From contig OZ241326.1 in NCBI GenBank assembly GCA_965199855.1, positions 1,568,001-1,632,000 of the forward strand: DNA of 64,000 nt, read 5' to 3'. Source of the DNA: a bacterium. Its GTDB lineage: Bacteria > UBA8248. Positions 22,112-34,405 of this stretch are shown piece after piece. The notes beneath the pieces were generated by a model that was given only the letters and a program-made list of their open reading frames with translations, was not told the origin of the DNA and made no database searches. Position 1 is the stretch's first letter, and the number at the start of each line of letters is the position of its first letter. A program made the translations under genes and the position numbers.

Positions 22112-23040
22112 TGGAGATCATCCGGCCGGACTCGTCGTTCGACATCATCGGCAAAATTAGGATTTTCGCCGGCGTCTCCTGCGCGCTCGTCCTGCTCTCC
22201 CTCCTCCTTCTGCTCGTGAAGGGGATCAACTACGGCATCGACTTCACCGGCGGAACGCTGGTTCAGGTTCAGTTCAGGGAGGCGCGGCCGATCGGGGAGC
22301 TGCGCGGCGCCGTCTCCGCGCTGTCCCTGGGCGATACGGTCATTCAGAATTTCGGCTCCGACAGGGAGTTTCTGATTCGCGTGGAGAAGAGCTCGGGCAG
22401 CATCGAGGGCGTCGAGTCTCTCGTCAGGGACGCCCTCGTCAGGAGGTTCGGCGCGGATGCGTTCCTGATGAGGCGAACCGAGATGGTCGGCCCCAAGGTG
22501 GGCGCGGACCTGCGCCGGAAGGCGATCAGCAGCATGGCGTTCGCCCTCGTCGGAATCCTGATTTACATCAGCCTCCGCTTCCAGTTTCGCCAGGCGGCGG
22601 CGGCGGTCGCGGCGCTCCTGCACGACGTCGTCATCACGCTCGGCGTATTCTCCCTGTCCGGCAAGGAGTTCTCCCTGCCCATCGTGGCCGCCGTCCTGAC
22701 GATTATCGGCTACTCGCTGAACGACACCATCGTGGTGTTCGACCGCATTCGGGAAAACACGCGCGCCTCGAGGCGCGCCGAATTCCCGGCGCTCGTCAAC
22801 AAGTCCATCAACCAGACGTTCTCGCGGACGCTCCTCACCTCGGGAACGACGCTGGTCGCCGTGCTGGCCTTCCTCTTCCTGGGGGGCGACGTGATTTCCG
22901 ACGTGGCGTTCGCTCTCGCGGTGGGCATCCTGGTGGGCACCTATTCCTCCATCTACGTGGCGAGCCCCATTCTGCTGGCGTGGCCCGAGGCGGCGCGCGG
23001 CCGCGCCAGAGGCGGGAAAAACTCCGCCGCCAAAGCCTGA
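22111..23040 (+). CDS. secF: Protein translocase subunit SecF
   Basis: GIDFTGG, GYSLNDTIVVFDRIRE, GTYSSIYVA; TAATG overlap with secD. Confidence 0.97.
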   Translation: MEIIRPDSSFDIIGKIRIFAGVSCALVLLSLLLLLVKGINYGIDFTGGTLVQVQFREARPIGELRGAVSALSLGDTVIQNFGSDREFLIRVEKSSGSIEGVESLVRDALVRRFGADAFLMRRTEMVGPKVGADLRRKAISSMAFALVGILIYISLRFQFRQAAAAVAALLHDVVITLGVFSLSGKEFSLPIVAAVLTIIGYSLNDTIVVFDRIRENTRASRRAEFPALVNKSINQTFSRTLLTSGTTLVAVLAFLFLGGDVISDVAFALAVGILVGTYSSIYVASPILLAWPEAARGRARGGKNSAAKA

Positions 23041-23119
23041 CGCCGAAGGCGGGCGCCTCCCGGAAGGCGCGGGCTTTCGCTCATGGCCGGGCGGCGCGTG
23101 AAATTCCCCGGCGGGCGGG

Positions 23120-23216
23120 GCTTCGCTCCTCGCGCGCCCGGTCTGAAAAACCCCGCTTCAAAACAGGTTTTGGCATTGCGGCAATCCCTCCTCCCGGTCG
23201 GGTTGACGCCGCAATG
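23120..23216. repeat. Degenerate REP-like palindromes and a dispersed 17-18 bp repeat in the secF/argG gap
   Basis: CATTGCGGC...GCCGCAATG inverted repeat at 23174-23216. TCTGAAAAACCCCGCTTC at 23142-23159 is the reverse complement (one extra T) of GAAGCGGGGTTTTCAGA at 56191-56207. Confidence 0.5.
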
Positions 23217-23262
23217 AGGATGGAGACGGGTTCGGCGTTCAGCGGGCGCGGCGGAGGCTTTG

Positions 23263-24477
23263 TTATGAGGAATCCCGCTGCGCGCGTATCCGCAGCCGCA
23301 GGGCGTTCAGGCGAATGAACCCCTCCGCGTCCTCCTGGGAATACGCGGCGTCTTCCTCGAAGGTGGCGAGGTCGGGGCGATAGAGGCTCCTGTTCGCGGG
23401 CGCTTTCCTTCCCGCGACGCCGCACGCCCCCTTGTAGAGCTTCATCCGCGCGGTTCCGCACACCGATTCCGCCGCGCGGTCGATGGCGGCCTGCAGGAAT
23501 TCCCGCTCGGGCGCGAACCAGAAGCCGTTATAGACGAGTTGCGCGTATTTCGGGATGAGGGAATCGCGCAGCCGGAGAACCTCCCTGTCCATCGTGAGGG
23601 ATTCCACGGCCCGGCGCGCCGCGTGAAGAACCGCGCCCGCGGGCGTCTCGTACACCCCCCGGCACTTCATGCCCACGAAGCGGTTTTCCACCAGGTCCAC
23701 CCGTCCCACGCCGTGGGCGCCCGCCAGCGCGTTGAGCCGCTCCATCATGGCGACCGGCGAGAGCGCCTCCCCGTTCAGAGCGACGGGGTCGCCCCCCTCG
23801 AATTCGATCTCGACGTATTCGGGCGCGTCGGGCGCCTTCTCGGGCGACGCGCTGAGAACGTACATGTCCTCGGGCGGCTCCGCCCAGGGGTCTTCGAGGA
23901 TTCCGCCCTCGAAGCTGATGTGAAGAAGGTTTCTGTCCATGGAATACGGCTTTTCCGCCGTAACGGGTATCGGGATGCCGCGCCTTTCGGCGTAGGCGAT
24001 GAGCTGGGAGCGTCCGCCGAAGTCCCAGTGGCGCCATGGCGCGATGACGGCGACCTCCGGGTCGATGGAGGCGTAGGCCAGCTCGAAGCGCACCTGATCG
24101 TTCCCCTTGCCCGTCGCGCCGTGGGCGACGGCGTCCGCCCCCGTTTCCCGGAGAACGTCCATCTGCCCTTTGGCGATGAGCGGCCTGGCGATGGAGGTTC
24201 CCAGCAGATACGCGCCCTCATAGACGGCGCCGGCGCGAAGCATCGGAAATACGTAGTCGCGCGCGAATTCCTCCCGCAGGTCCAGCACGCGGCAGGACTC
24301 GGCGCCCGTGGCCGCCGCCTTCTCCTCCAGGCCGTCGAGTTCGCCCGCGCCCTGTCCCACGTCCGCCGCGTAGGCCACGACCGGGCAGCTATATTCCTCC
24401 TTGAGCCACTTGAGCATGACGGAGGTGTCCAGCCCGCCCGAGTAGGCGAGCACCACTTTTTTCGGCCTAGTCGCCAT
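23263..24477 (-). CDS. argG: Argininosuccinate synthase
   Basis: [30 protein letters not shown]. Confidence 0.97.
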   Translation of the reverse strand: MATRPKKVVLAYSGGLDTSVMLKWLKEEYSCPVVAYAADVGQGAGELDGLEEKAAATGAESCRVLDLREEFARDYVFPMLRAGAVYEGAYLLGTSIARPLIAKGQMDVLRETGADAVAHGATGKGNDQVRFELAYASIDPEVAVIAPWRHWDFGGRSQLIAYAERRGIPIPVTAEKPYSMDRNLLHISFEGGILEDPWAEPPEDMYVLSASPEKAPDAPEYVEIEFEGGDPVALNGEALSPVAMMERLNALAGAHGVGRVDLVENRFVGMKCRGVYETPAGAVLHAARRAVESLTMDREVLRLRDSLIPKYAQLVYNGFWFAPEREFLQAAIDRAAESVCGTARMKLYKGACGVAGRKAPANRSLYRPDLATFEEDAAYSQEDAEGFIRLNALRLRIRAQRDSS

Positions 24478-25405
24478 CCGCGCCTCCGGCGAGAATCTGA
24501 AGGAGCGCCTTCTGCGCGTGGAGCCGGTTTCCCGCCTGCGCGAAAACGACGCTCCGGGGGCCGTCGATGACCTCCCGCGTAACCTCCTCCCCCCTGTGCG
24601 CGGGCAGGCAGTGCATGAATACGGCGTCTTCTCGCGCGCCTCGAAAGGAGCTTTCGCTCACCTGGTAGGGCGCGAGCGTCCTGCGGCGGCGCTCGCTCTC
24701 CTCTTCCTGTCCCATGGAAGTCCACACGTCCGTATAGACGGCGCAGGCGTCCGCGCACGCCTCCTCCGGGTCTTCGGTGATCTCGATGTTCGCGCCCGAT
24801 TCCCCGGCCAAGCTCCGCGCCCGCTCCAGGACGTTCGAGTCGGGCCAATGCGCCTTCGGGCACGCCGCGCTGACGCTGGCCCCGAGCAGCGCCCCGACGA
24901 TCAGCAGGGAGTGCAGCACGTTGTTCCCGTCGCCCAGGTAGGCGAGCTTCAGGCTCTCCGGCGCGCCGCGGCGCTCCCGGAGCGTCAGAAAATCGGCGAG
25001 CGCCTGGCAGGGGTGATGCAGGTCGGTCAGGGCGTTGACGACGGGGACGCTCGCGTTCGAGGCGATTTCCTCGGCGCGCGCGTGCGCGTAGGTGCGGACG
25101 ATGATGCCGTCCGCGTATTCGCTCAGCACCCTCGCGCTGTCCGCGGGAGATTCGCCCCGGCCGAGCTGCGTGTCGCCCGGCGAGAGGAAAATGGCGTTGG
25201 CGCCCAGCTGAAAAAGGCCCGCCTCGAAGGAGACCTTCGTCCTCGTGGACTGCTTCTCGAACACGAGCGCGAAATTCTTCCCCGCCAGGGCGGGGCGGAG
25301 GCTCCCCCGGGCGGCTTCCTTTTTCTGGCGGAGCGCCTCCTCGATGAGCTTGCGCGTCCGCGCGGCGGCGAGCTCCTCGCCCGTGAGGTAGTCGAGCTTC
25401 TTCAT
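24467..25405 (-). CDS. argF: Ornithine carbamoyltransferase
   Basis: [31 protein letters not shown]. Confidence 0.96.
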   Translation of the reverse strand: MKKLDYLTGEELAAARTRKLIEEALRQKKEAARGSLRPALAGKNFALVFEKQSTRTKVSFEAGLFQLGANAIFLSPGDTQLGRGESPADSARVLSEYADGIIVRTYAHARAEEIASNASVPVVNALTDLHHPCQALADFLTLRERRGAPESLKLAYLGDGNNVLHSLLIVGALLGASVSAACPKAHWPDSNVLERARSLAGESGANIEITEDPEEACADACAVYTDVWTSMGQEEESERRRRTLAPYQVSESSFRGAREDAVFMHCLPAHRGEEVTREVIDGPRSVVFAQAGNRLHAQKALLQILAGGADGD

Positions 25406-26595
25406 TTCGCCAGGTCCGCCAGGGCGTCGTCCAGGAAGTTCAGCAGCCTGTCGATCATCTCCTTTTCCACGACCAGCGGGGGAATGAGCCGGATGACCCT
25501 CTGGACGGCCGCGTTCAGCAGGAAGCCGGCCTCGAGCCCTTTGGCGACGACGGGGGCGGCGTCCGCGTCCACCTCGCAGCCGATGATCAGCCCCTTGCCC
25601 CTGACGGCCTTGACGATGGGGCGGCGCGCGGCGATCTCCTCGAGGCCCGCCATGGCGTATGCGCCCATTTCCCCGACGCGCGCGAGAAAGCCCGGGGCGG
25701 AGACGGCGTCCAGCGCGGCGCACCCCGCGGCGGTGGCCAGCGGGTTGCCCCCGAAGGTCGCCGCGTGATCCCCCGGCTCGAACGCCATGGCCCTGTCCGA
25801 GGCGACCAGCGCGCCGATGGCGGCTCCGCCCGCCAGCGCCTTCGCCAGGCACATGGCGTCGGGCGCCACGCCCTCGTGCTCGTGCGCCCAGAGCTTTCCG
25901 GTTCTGCCGAGGCCGACCTGCACCTCGTCGAAGAGCAGGAGCAGGTCGTTCGCGTCGCATATCTCGCGCAGCGCCCTCAGCCAGCCCTCCGGCGGAACGT
26001 TGACGCCCCCCTCGCCCTGGATGGGCTCCACCAGGACGGCGCAGGTCTTCTCCGAAACCGCGCTCGCCGCGGACTCCGCGTCGCCGAAGGGCAGGTAGCG
26101 GAAGCCGGGCGGGAGGGGCCTGAACGCCCCGTGAAACTTCGTCTGGCCCGTGGCGGCGAGCGAGGCCATGGTGCGGCCGTGAAAGCTCATGTCGAAGCTC
26201 AGCACCTCGTGCCGCCCCTCGCCGTATTTTTGGAAGGAATACTTCCGCGCGAGCTTGATCGCCGCCTCGACGGCCTCGGCGCCGCTGTTGCAGAAAAACG
26301 TCTTGTCGCCGAAGGAGAGCCGGGCGAGCCTCTTCGCCAGCTCGATCTGCGGCTCGATGTGGTAGAGGTTCGACACGTGAATCAGTCTTCCGGCCTGCTC
26401 CCGGACGGCGGCGACGACCGCCGGGTGGCAGTGTCCCAGATTGCAGACGGCGAGGCCGGACACGAAGTCGAGATACTCCCTTCCGTCCGCGTCCCAGACG
26501 CGGCAGCCTTCGCCGCGCGTCAGCGCGATGGGGAAGCGCCCGTAGGTGGGCGCCACGTGCAGTTCGGCGTCCGAGATCAGCCGCGCGTTGTCCAT
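25402..26595 (-). CDS. argD: Acetylornithine aminotransferase
   Basis: NSGAEA, FHGRT, EPIQGEGG, DEVQ, LAKALAGG; sits inside the arg operon. Confidence 0.95.
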   Translation of the reverse strand: MDNARLISDAELHVAPTYGRFPIALTRGEGCRVWDADGREYLDFVSGLAVCNLGHCHPAVVAAVREQAGRLIHVSNLYHIEPQIELAKRLARLSFGDKTFFCNSGAEAVEAAIKLARKYSFQKYGEGRHEVLSFDMSFHGRTMASLAATGQTKFHGAFRPLPPGFRYLPFGDAESAASAVSEKTCAVLVEPIQGEGGVNVPPEGWLRALREICDANDLLLLFDEVQVGLGRTGKLWAHEHEGVAPDAMCLAKALAGGAAIGALVASDRAMAFEPGDHAATFGGNPLATAAGCAALDAVSAPGFLARVGEMGAYAMAGLEEIAARRPIVKAVRGKGLIIGCEVDADAAPVVAKGLEAGFLLNAAVQRVIRLIPPLVVEKEMIDRLLNFLDDALADLAK

Positions 26596-26612
26596 GTTCC
26601 TCCCCGACGGGG

Positions 26613-27488
26613 CTACGGGACGATTTGCGTGCCCACGCCCTCTTTCGTGAACACCTCGAGAAGGACGGCGTGCGGAACCCCGCCGTCCACGATGTGGGTC
26701 TTCGCCACGCCGGAGGAGAGCGCCTCCAGGCAGGCGTCCGCTTTCGGAATCATTCCGCCGGTGATGATTTTCTCCTCCTTCAGCCTCTGCGCCTCCTCGC
26801 GCCGCAGGGTGCTGAGGAGCTCCCCGCCCGCGTCCAGAATGCCCGGCACGTCCGTGAGGAGGATGAACTTCTCCGCCCGAAGGGAGCCGGCGACGGCGCC
26901 GGCGGCCGAATCGGCGTTGATGTTGTAGACGCTGCCGTCCCGCCCCACGCCCAGGGGCGCGATGACGGGAATGAAGCCCCCCTTCGCGAGGTGGTGGATG
27001 ATGGCGGGGCGTATGGCCAGCACCTCGCCGACGCGCCCCAGGTCGTACTCCACGTCCTCTCCGTCCGGCCCCTTCCTGTTCATGGTCAGCTTCTTCGCCG
27101 CCGTGAGGCCGGCGTCCGAGCCGGAGAGGCCCACGGCGCTTCCGCCGTGCTGGTTGATGAGCCTGACGATGCCCTTGTTCGTCGAGCCGGCGAGCACCAT
27201 CTCCACGACGCCGACCGTCTCCTCGTCCGTCACGCGAAGCCCCTCGACGAACTCGCTGGTCTTGCCGATTTTCCTGAGCGTCTCGCCGATCTGGGGGCCG
27301 CCGCCGTGGACGACCACCACGTTGATGCCCACGTACTTGAGAAGCACGACGTCCTGGGCGAAGGGCGCGTGCAGCTCCGGCCGCACCTGGGCCGCCCCGC
27401 CGTATTTGACGACGACGGTCTTGCCCGCGAACTGCTGGATGTAGGGCAGGGCCTCGACCAGCGTCGCCGCCCTGTCTTTCGCTTCCAT
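26613..27488 (-). CDS. argB: Acetylglutamate kinase
   Basis: VVKYGG, VHGGGPQI, NINAD, GGMIPK. Confidence 0.96.
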   Translation of the reverse strand: MEAKDRAATLVEALPYIQQFAGKTVVVKYGGAAQVRPELHAPFAQDVVLLKYVGINVVVVHGGGPQIGETLRKIGKTSEFVEGLRVTDEETVGVVEMVLAGSTNKGIVRLINQHGGSAVGLSGSDAGLTAAKKLTMNRKGPDGEDVEYDLGRVGEVLAIRPAIIHHLAKGGFIPVIAPLGVGRDGSVYNINADSAAGAVAGSLRAEKFILLTDVPGILDAGGELLSTLRREEAQRLKEEKIITGGMIPKADACLEALSSGVAKTHIVDGGVPHAVLLEVFTKEGVGTQIVP

Positions 27489-27594
27489 CCGCGCGGAATC
27501 CTTCGGCAAGAGCGAGCGGAAAGCCGGCCTTTCGCCGCAAGGCGAGAAATATACACCCCCCGAAGCTTCGAGGCCAACGGGGGAGGAGCGAACG

Positions 27595-28952
<1,358 letters not shown>

Positions 28953-28953
<1 letters not shown>

Positions 28954-29501
28954 CAAAGCGCTTCCACGGAAATGTTCCCGTTGGTATAGACGCAGATGTC
29001 CGCCGCGATTTCGAGGGAGCGCCTCGCGATTTCCTCGGCGCCGAGGTCGGGTTCGAGGCTCAGGATGCCGCGCGCGGCGGCGACCGCCATGGGGCCGCCG
29101 CTGCCGATTCCGAGCACGCCGTCGTCGGGTTCGATGATGTCTCCCGTTCCCGAGAGGATGAGCGAGGTCTCCGCGTCCGCCACCGCCAGGAGCGCCTCCA
29201 GGCGGCGCAGCGCCCTGTCCGTTCTCCAGTCCTTGCCCATCTCCACGGCGGCGCGGGAGAGATTTCCCCGGTATTCCTCGAGCTTCCCCTCGAAGCGCTC
29301 GAAGAGGGCGATGGCGTCCGAGGCGGAGCCGGCGAAGCCCGCCAGCACCTTCCCGCCGCCGAGCCTGCGAATCTTGACGGCGCCGTGCTTGACCGCCGCC
29401 TGGCCCATCGTGACCTGGCCGTCCCCGCCCAGCGCGGTGCGCCCCTTGTAGCGCAGCCCCAGAATGGTGGTCGAGCGGATGATCGCGCCCGGCGTCGTCA
29501 T
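28953..29501 (-). CDS. hslV: ATP-dependent protease subunit HslV
   Basis: TTIL catalytic Thr after a short propeptide, GDGQVT, GSGG, DICVYTN. Confidence 0.97.
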
Positions 29502-30445
29502 CGCTCCTCCCCGCCCCGCGCCTTCATCCTCGCTCTCGGGTGCGCGTCGTCATACACCGCGCGCAGATGGGAGAAGTCCACCTGGGTGTATCTCTGCGTC
29601 GTGGAGAGGCTCGCGTGTCCCAGAAGCTCCTGAATCGAGCGCAAATCCGCCTCCTTGCTTTCCAGCAGATGCGTCGCCGCCGTGTGGCGAAGGGCGTGGG
29701 GCGTGAAATGATAGCCGAAGCCGCCCTTTTTTTCATACCGGCGGAAGATGGAGCGCACGAAGGCCGGAGAAATTCTCCCGCCGCGCCTGTTGACGAACAG
29801 GGGCGCGTCCCCGGCGGCGCCCGCCCCGGTTCGCGCCCGGTGGCTGAGGACCGCCTTCGCGGCCTCCTTCGTGATGGGAACGATTCGCTCCTTTTTCCCC
29901 TTGCCGCGAACGCGGACGAGCCTCTCCTCCGCGTCCAGGTCGGCGTGGTTCAGCCCCGTCAGTTCGCTCACCCTGAGCCCCGAGCCGTAGAGAAGCTCGA
30001 AAATCGCCTTGTCCCTCGCGCCTTCGGGAGTCGACGCGTCGGGCATCTCCATGAGGCGAACGGCGTCATCCACGGGCAGGAAGGTCGGCAGGGGCCTTTT
30101 CGCCCGGGGCGAGGGCGTCTCTCCCGCCGGATCGGCGACGGGGAAGCCCTCCCGCCGCAGAAAGCGGAACAGGCTGCGTATGCTCGACAGATGCCGGTTC
30201 ACGGTCGCCGCCGAGACGCCCCGGCGGTAGAGAAGGCCGAGATAGCCCCGGACGGCGAGGGAGTCGATCCCGTCCAGCGCCGCCGGCTTCCCCGCCCAGT
30301 CGGCGAGAAATTCCTCGAAGCTGCCCAGATCCGCGGCGTAGGCGCGAACGGTGTGCTCCGAGGCGACGCGCTCGTCGCGCAGGTGCGCCTCGAACAGCGC
30401 GCGCGCCTCGCTCAGGCTGTTCGTGAGGCGAGCCGGCTCCGCCAT
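29498..30445 (-). CDS. xerC: Tyrosine recombinase XerC
   Basis: [36 protein letters not shown]; conserved trmFO-xerC-hslV order. Confidence 0.92.
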   Translation of the reverse strand: MAEPARLTNSLSEARALFEAHLRDERVASEHTVRAYAADLGSFEEFLADWAGKPAALDGIDSLAVRGYLGLLYRRGVSAATVNRHLSSIRSLFRFLRREGFPVADPAGETPSPRAKRPLPTFLPVDDAVRLMEMPDASTPEGARDKAIFELLYGSGLRVSELTGLNHADLDAEERLVRVRGKGKKERIVPITKEAAKAVLSHRARTGAGAAGDAPLFVNRRGGRISPAFVRSIFRRYEKKGGFGYHFTPHALRHTAATHLLESKEADLRSIQELLGHASLSTTQRYTQVDFSHLRAVYDDAHPRARMKARGGEER

Positions 30446-31746
30446 TGCTCCATGTCCTCGACGGCGCGGTTGGTGACGCGCTTTTTCCGGTGCTTTTTCG
30501 GAACCCGCCTTTCCAGGGGAGGGAAAAGGCCGTAGTTGATGTTCATGGGCTGGAAGTTCTTCGGGCTCGCCTCGACGATGTAGCGGTTCAGCGCGCCGAG
30601 GGCGGTCGTCGCGGGCGGGGGCGGGACGGGTTCTCCGCGGATGGCGGCGGCCGCGTTGATTCCCGCGAGAAGGCCGATGGCGGCCGATTCGAGGTAGCCT
30701 TCGACGCCCGTGAGCTGGCCCGCCAGGAAGACGTTCGGGTGTCGCTTGAGCTGCAGGGTCGTCCGCAGGAGGCGCGGCGCGTTCACGTAGGTGTTGCGGT
30801 GGAGGCTCCCGTAGCGCAGGAAGCGCGCGCCTTGCAGGGCGGGGAGGGTCGAGAAGATGCGCTTCTGCTCCGGGTAGCGTAGCCGGGTCTGAAAGCCCAC
30901 CATGGAGAAGTAGTCTCCCGTCAAATCCTCGCGCCTGAGCTGGACGACCGCCGCGTATGTTTCTCCCGTCTCGGGATGCTCCAGTCCCACGGGCTTCATG
31001 GGGCCGAACGAGAGGGTGTCCTTTCCGCGGGCGGCCATTTCCTCGAGGGGCAGGCACCCCTCGAAGTAGATGGCGCGCTCGAATTCGCGCAGGGGAATTT
31101 TCTCGCCGGCGAGGAGGTCGTCCACGAACCGGTAGTACTGGGATTCGTTGAGGCCGAGGTTGAGGTAGTCGCCCTCGCCGCCTTCCGCCTCGCCCTTTCC
31201 GTAGCGCGAGGCCAGGAACGCCATCGACATGTCGATGCTGTCCGCGTATAGAATCGGCGAGATGGCGTCGTAGAAATACAGGTATTTCCCCTGCGTGAGG
31301 CGGGCGATTTCGGCGGAAAGGGAATCGCTCGTCAGCGGGCCGGTGGCGATGATGGTGGTCGCCCCGCCGTCGAGGCTCCTCACTTCCTCCCGGTGCAGGG
31401 TGATTCCCGCGGCGCCTTCGATCTCCCGCGTGATCGTCCTGCTGAAGGAGGCGCGATCGACGGCGAGCGCCAGACCGGCGGGAACCCGGCAGGAATCCGC
31501 GCTTCGCAGGATGAGCGAGTCGAGCTTGCGCATTTCCTCCTTCAGGAGGCCCGAGGCGTTTTCCATGGAATTCGAGCGGAACGAATTCGAGCAGACGAGC
31601 TCCGCCAGCTCGTCGGTTTCATGCGCGGGCGTGCTGACGCGGGGGCGCATTTCGTAGAGATCGACCTCGACGCCGCGCCGCGCCGCCTGCCAGGCCGCCT
31701 CGCAGCCGGCGAGGCCGCCGCCGATGACCCGCAGTCTTTCGCTCAA
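30412..31746 (-). CDS. trmFO: Folate/FAD-dependent tRNA (uracil-5)-methyltransferase
   Basis: IGGGLAGCEAA, ELVCSNS, FGPMKPVGL, AGQLTGVEGY, FQPMN; TTG start overlaps the topA stop. Confidence 0.96.
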   Translation of the reverse strand: MSERLRVIGGGLAGCEAAWQAARRGVEVDLYEMRPRVSTPAHETDELAELVCSNSFRSNSMENASGLLKEEMRKLDSLILRSADSCRVPAGLALAVDRASFSRTITREIEGAAGITLHREEVRSLDGGATTIIATGPLTSDSLSAEIARLTQGKYLYFYDAISPILYADSIDMSMAFLASRYGKGEAEGGEGDYLNLGLNESQYYRFVDDLLAGEKIPLREFERAIYFEGCLPLEEMAARGKDTLSFGPMKPVGLEHPETGETYAAVVQLRREDLTGDYFSMVGFQTRLRYPEQKRIFSTLPALQGARFLRYGSLHRNTYVNAPRLLRTTLQLKRHPNVFLAGQLTGVEGYLESAAIGLLAGINAAAAIRGEPVPPPPATTALGALNRYIVEASPKNFQPMNINYGLFPPLERRVPKKHRKKRVTNRAVEDMEQWRSRLASRTA

Positions 31747-34289
31747 GCCGGCGCCTCCCGGGCGGAGGCGGCCTTGGAGGCTTCCATCCGCTCCATCAGC
31801 TCGGGCGGGCATTCGACCTCATGGCCGCAGTCCTTCTGGGGGCAGACGAGCCGGGTCCCGTCCTTTTTCGTCGTCTTGACGGAGAGAACGGGATGCCCGC
31901 AGGAGGGGCAGGGCCGGGCGACAGGCCAGTCCCACACGACCGTCTTGCAGGCCGGGAAGCGGCTGCACCCGTAGAAGGGCTTTCCGGTGCGGCGGGAGCG
32001 CCGCTCCACCAGCTCGCCTTCGCAGCCCTCGCGGGGGCAGGCCACGCCGGTCGGCTTCGGGCCGGCGGCCGCCCGTCCGTTGCCGAGGACTTTCCGCTTC
32101 CCGTGCTCGGCCGCGAACACCGAGCAGGCCAGGTAGATTCCGAAGGGCCCGCGCCTCGCCCGCATGGGCGCGCCGCATTCCTCGCAGGGCGGGGCGATCT
32201 CCTCGATGCGCGCCAGCTCCTCTTCCGGCTCCTCCGGGTCGCCGCCGTCCCCGGCGGGAATGTCCTCCGAGTATCGGCAGTCCGGATACCCCGAGCAGGA
32301 GATGAACCAGCCGTTTTTGCTGAATCTCTTCACCAGCCCGCGCCCGCATTCGGGACAGCTTCTGTCGAGCGGCTCCGTTTTCGCCTTCAGGTTCGGCAGC
32401 TCCTTTTTCGCCAGCTGAACCTTTTTGTCGAAATCCTCGTAAAAATCCCGGATGACGGGCAGCCACGGCCTCTCGCCCTTCTCGATGTCGTCGAGGGAGG
32501 TTTCCATTTTCGCGGTGAAGCCCACGTCCATCTGGTCGGGGAAGCCCCGGACGAGGAGGCGGGTGACCTCCCGGCCCAGCTGGGTGGGCGTGAACTGCCG
32601 CCGCTTTCGCTCCATCGTGACGTATTTGCGCTTCTCCAGCGTGTCGAGGATGTTCGCGTAGGTGCTCGGCCTGCCCACGCCGTCCTCCTCCAGCTCCTTC
32701 ACGAGGGAGGCTTCCGTGTAGCGCGGCGGGGGCTGGGTGAAGTGCTGCTCGGGCAGGACGCCCGTGGGCGCGGACTCCGACTTCACGAGCAGGAGGGGGT
32801 CGCCCTCCGCAAGAGGGGGGAGGAGCCTGTCCCGCTCGGGCTTCGCGCCCGCCCCGTCCTCGCCGTTCGCCCTTGCCGCCCCGTCCTCATGCGCCTTCAG
32901 GAAGCCCGCGAACCTGAGGACGGAGCCGCTCGCCCGCAGAAGGAGCTCCTCGCTCTCCGTCCGCTGATCGACGGCGACGTCCACGCTGGTCTGGTCATAG
33001 ACGGCCGGCGCCATCTGGCTCGCCACGAAGCGCCGCCAGATGAGCGTATAGACCGCCAGCTGCTCGGGCTTCAGGAAGGCGCGCAGCTTCGCCGGCGCGA
33101 GGCGAACGTCGGTGGGCCGGATGGCCTCGTGCGCGTCCTGCGCCATCTCCCCCGTCTTGAACCGGGGGGGCTTCGCGGGAAGGTGATCTTTTCCGTATGC
33201 CGTCTCGACGTAGGCGCGCGCCGCGGCGGCGGCCTCGGGCGCGACCCGCGCGGAATCCGTCCGCATGTAGGTGATGAGGCCCACGTTTCCCGCCTCGCGC
33301 CCCAGGCTCACCCCCTCGTAGAGCGACTGCGCGACGCTCATGGTCTTCTTCGCCCCGTAGCGCAGCTTGCCGGAGCTCTCCTGCTGGAGGGTGCTGGTGA
33401 TGAACGGGGGAGGCGGCCTGCGCCGGCGCTCCCGCCTCTCCACCCTGGAGACCCGCAGGGCGCCGCCCGCGATTCTTTCCGCCAGCTCCGCCGCCCGGGA
33501 CTCGTCGGGAATTTCCGCTTCCTCTCCGTTGATTCGGTGGAGCCTCGCCTCGAACGGGGGCGCGGCGCCGGCCTTCTCCAGATGCGCCGTGACGCTCCAG
33601 TATTCCTTCGGCTCGAAGGCCTCTATCGCGTCCTCGCGCTCGCATATCAGCCGGAGGGCGACGGACTGCACCCGGCCCGCGCTCAGGCCGAACGCCACCT
33701 TGCTCCAGAGGATTTCGCCCGACAGCTTGAAGCCCACGATGCGATCCAGCTTTCGGCGGGTCTCCTGCGCGTCCACCTTGCGCTGGTCGATTCGCCCGGG
33801 ACTGGCGAGCGCCTCCTGAACCGCCCTCCGCGTGATTTCGTTGAAGGTCACCCGGTAGAATTCGCCGTCGGCGCCCCCCAGGAGCTCCTGGATGTGCCAG
33901 GCGATGGCCTCTCCCTCGCGGTCCGGGTCCGGCGCCAGATAGATCTCCCTCGCCGCCCCGGCGGCCCGGCGCAGCTCGTCTATCGTCTTCTCCTTTCGCT
34001 CGATGACGCCGTAGTCGGCCCTGAAGTCGTTGCGGACGTCGATGCCCATCCTGCGCTCGCCCGTCTTTCGCAGGTCGCGCACGTGGCCCTTCGAGGCGAG
34101 GATGTCGAATTCCGCGCCGAGGAATTTCCGGATGGTGCGGATCTTCGTGGGCGACTCCACGATGAGCAGCTTGCCGGACGCGGGCGCCTTCCCGCGCCCG
34201 CCGGGGGAGGGCCGCTTCCGGGCGGCGGATTTCCGCCTCGCGGGGGGCTTCGAGGCCGCTTTCCTGGTGGTGGTCTTCTTCTCGCTCAT
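31743..34289 (-). CDS. topA: DNA topoisomerase I
   Basis: IVESPTK, DPDREGEAI, SAGRVQS, LITYMRTDS; C-terminal zinc ribbons; Lys-rich N-terminal extension. Confidence 0.97.
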   Translation of the reverse strand: MSEKKTTTRKAASKPPARRKSAARKRPSPGGRGKAPASGKLLIVESPTKIRTIRKFLGAEFDILASKGHVRDLRKTGERRMGIDVRNDFRADYGVIERKEKTIDELRRAAGAAREIYLAPDPDREGEAIAWHIQELLGGADGEFYRVTFNEITRRAVQEALASPGRIDQRKVDAQETRRKLDRIVGFKLSGEILWSKVAFGLSAGRVQSVALRLICEREDAIEAFEPKEYWSVTAHLEKAGAAPPFEARLHRINGEEAEIPDESRAAELAERIAGGALRVSRVERRERRRRPPPPFITSTLQQESSGKLRYGAKKTMSVAQSLYEGVSLGREAGNVGLITYMRTDSARVAPEAAAAARAYVETAYGKDHLPAKPPRFKTGEMAQDAHEAIRPTDVRLAPAKLRAFLKPEQLAVYTLIWRRFVASQMAPAVYDQTSVDVAVDQRTESEELLLRASGSVLRFAGFLKAHEDGAARANGEDGAGAKPERDRLLPPLAEGDPLLLVKSESAPTGVLPEQHFTQPPPRYTEASLVKELEEDGVGRPSTYANILDTLEKRKYVTMERKRRQFTPTQLGREVTRLLVRGFPDQMDVGFTAKMETSLDDIEKGERPWLPVIRDFYEDFDKKVQLAKKELPNLKAKTEPLDRSCPECGRGLVKRFSKNGWFISCSGYPDCRYSEDIPAGDGGDPEEPEEELARIEEIAPPCEECGAPMRARRGPFGIYLACSVFAAEHGKRKVLGNGRAAAGPKPTGVACPREGCEGELVERRSRRTGKPFYGCSRFPACKTVVWDWPVARPCPSCGHPVLSVKTTKKDGTRLVCPQKDCGHEVECPPELMERMEASKAASAREAPA

Positions 34290-34405
34290 TCGCTCGTCCG
34301 CGCCCATGGGGGGTTCGACGCCTTCGGGCGGCGGCTCCGCGCCGGCGCGCCCGGGCCCGTTCCGCGGGGAGACGCCCGCCCTCCCCGCCGGCGGGAGCGC
34401 GCCCC

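Noticed and set aside
29498-30445. Tyrosine recombinase as a mobile-element integrase
   Set aside because: Its position in the conserved trmFO-xerC-hslVU context indicates the housekeeping XerC.
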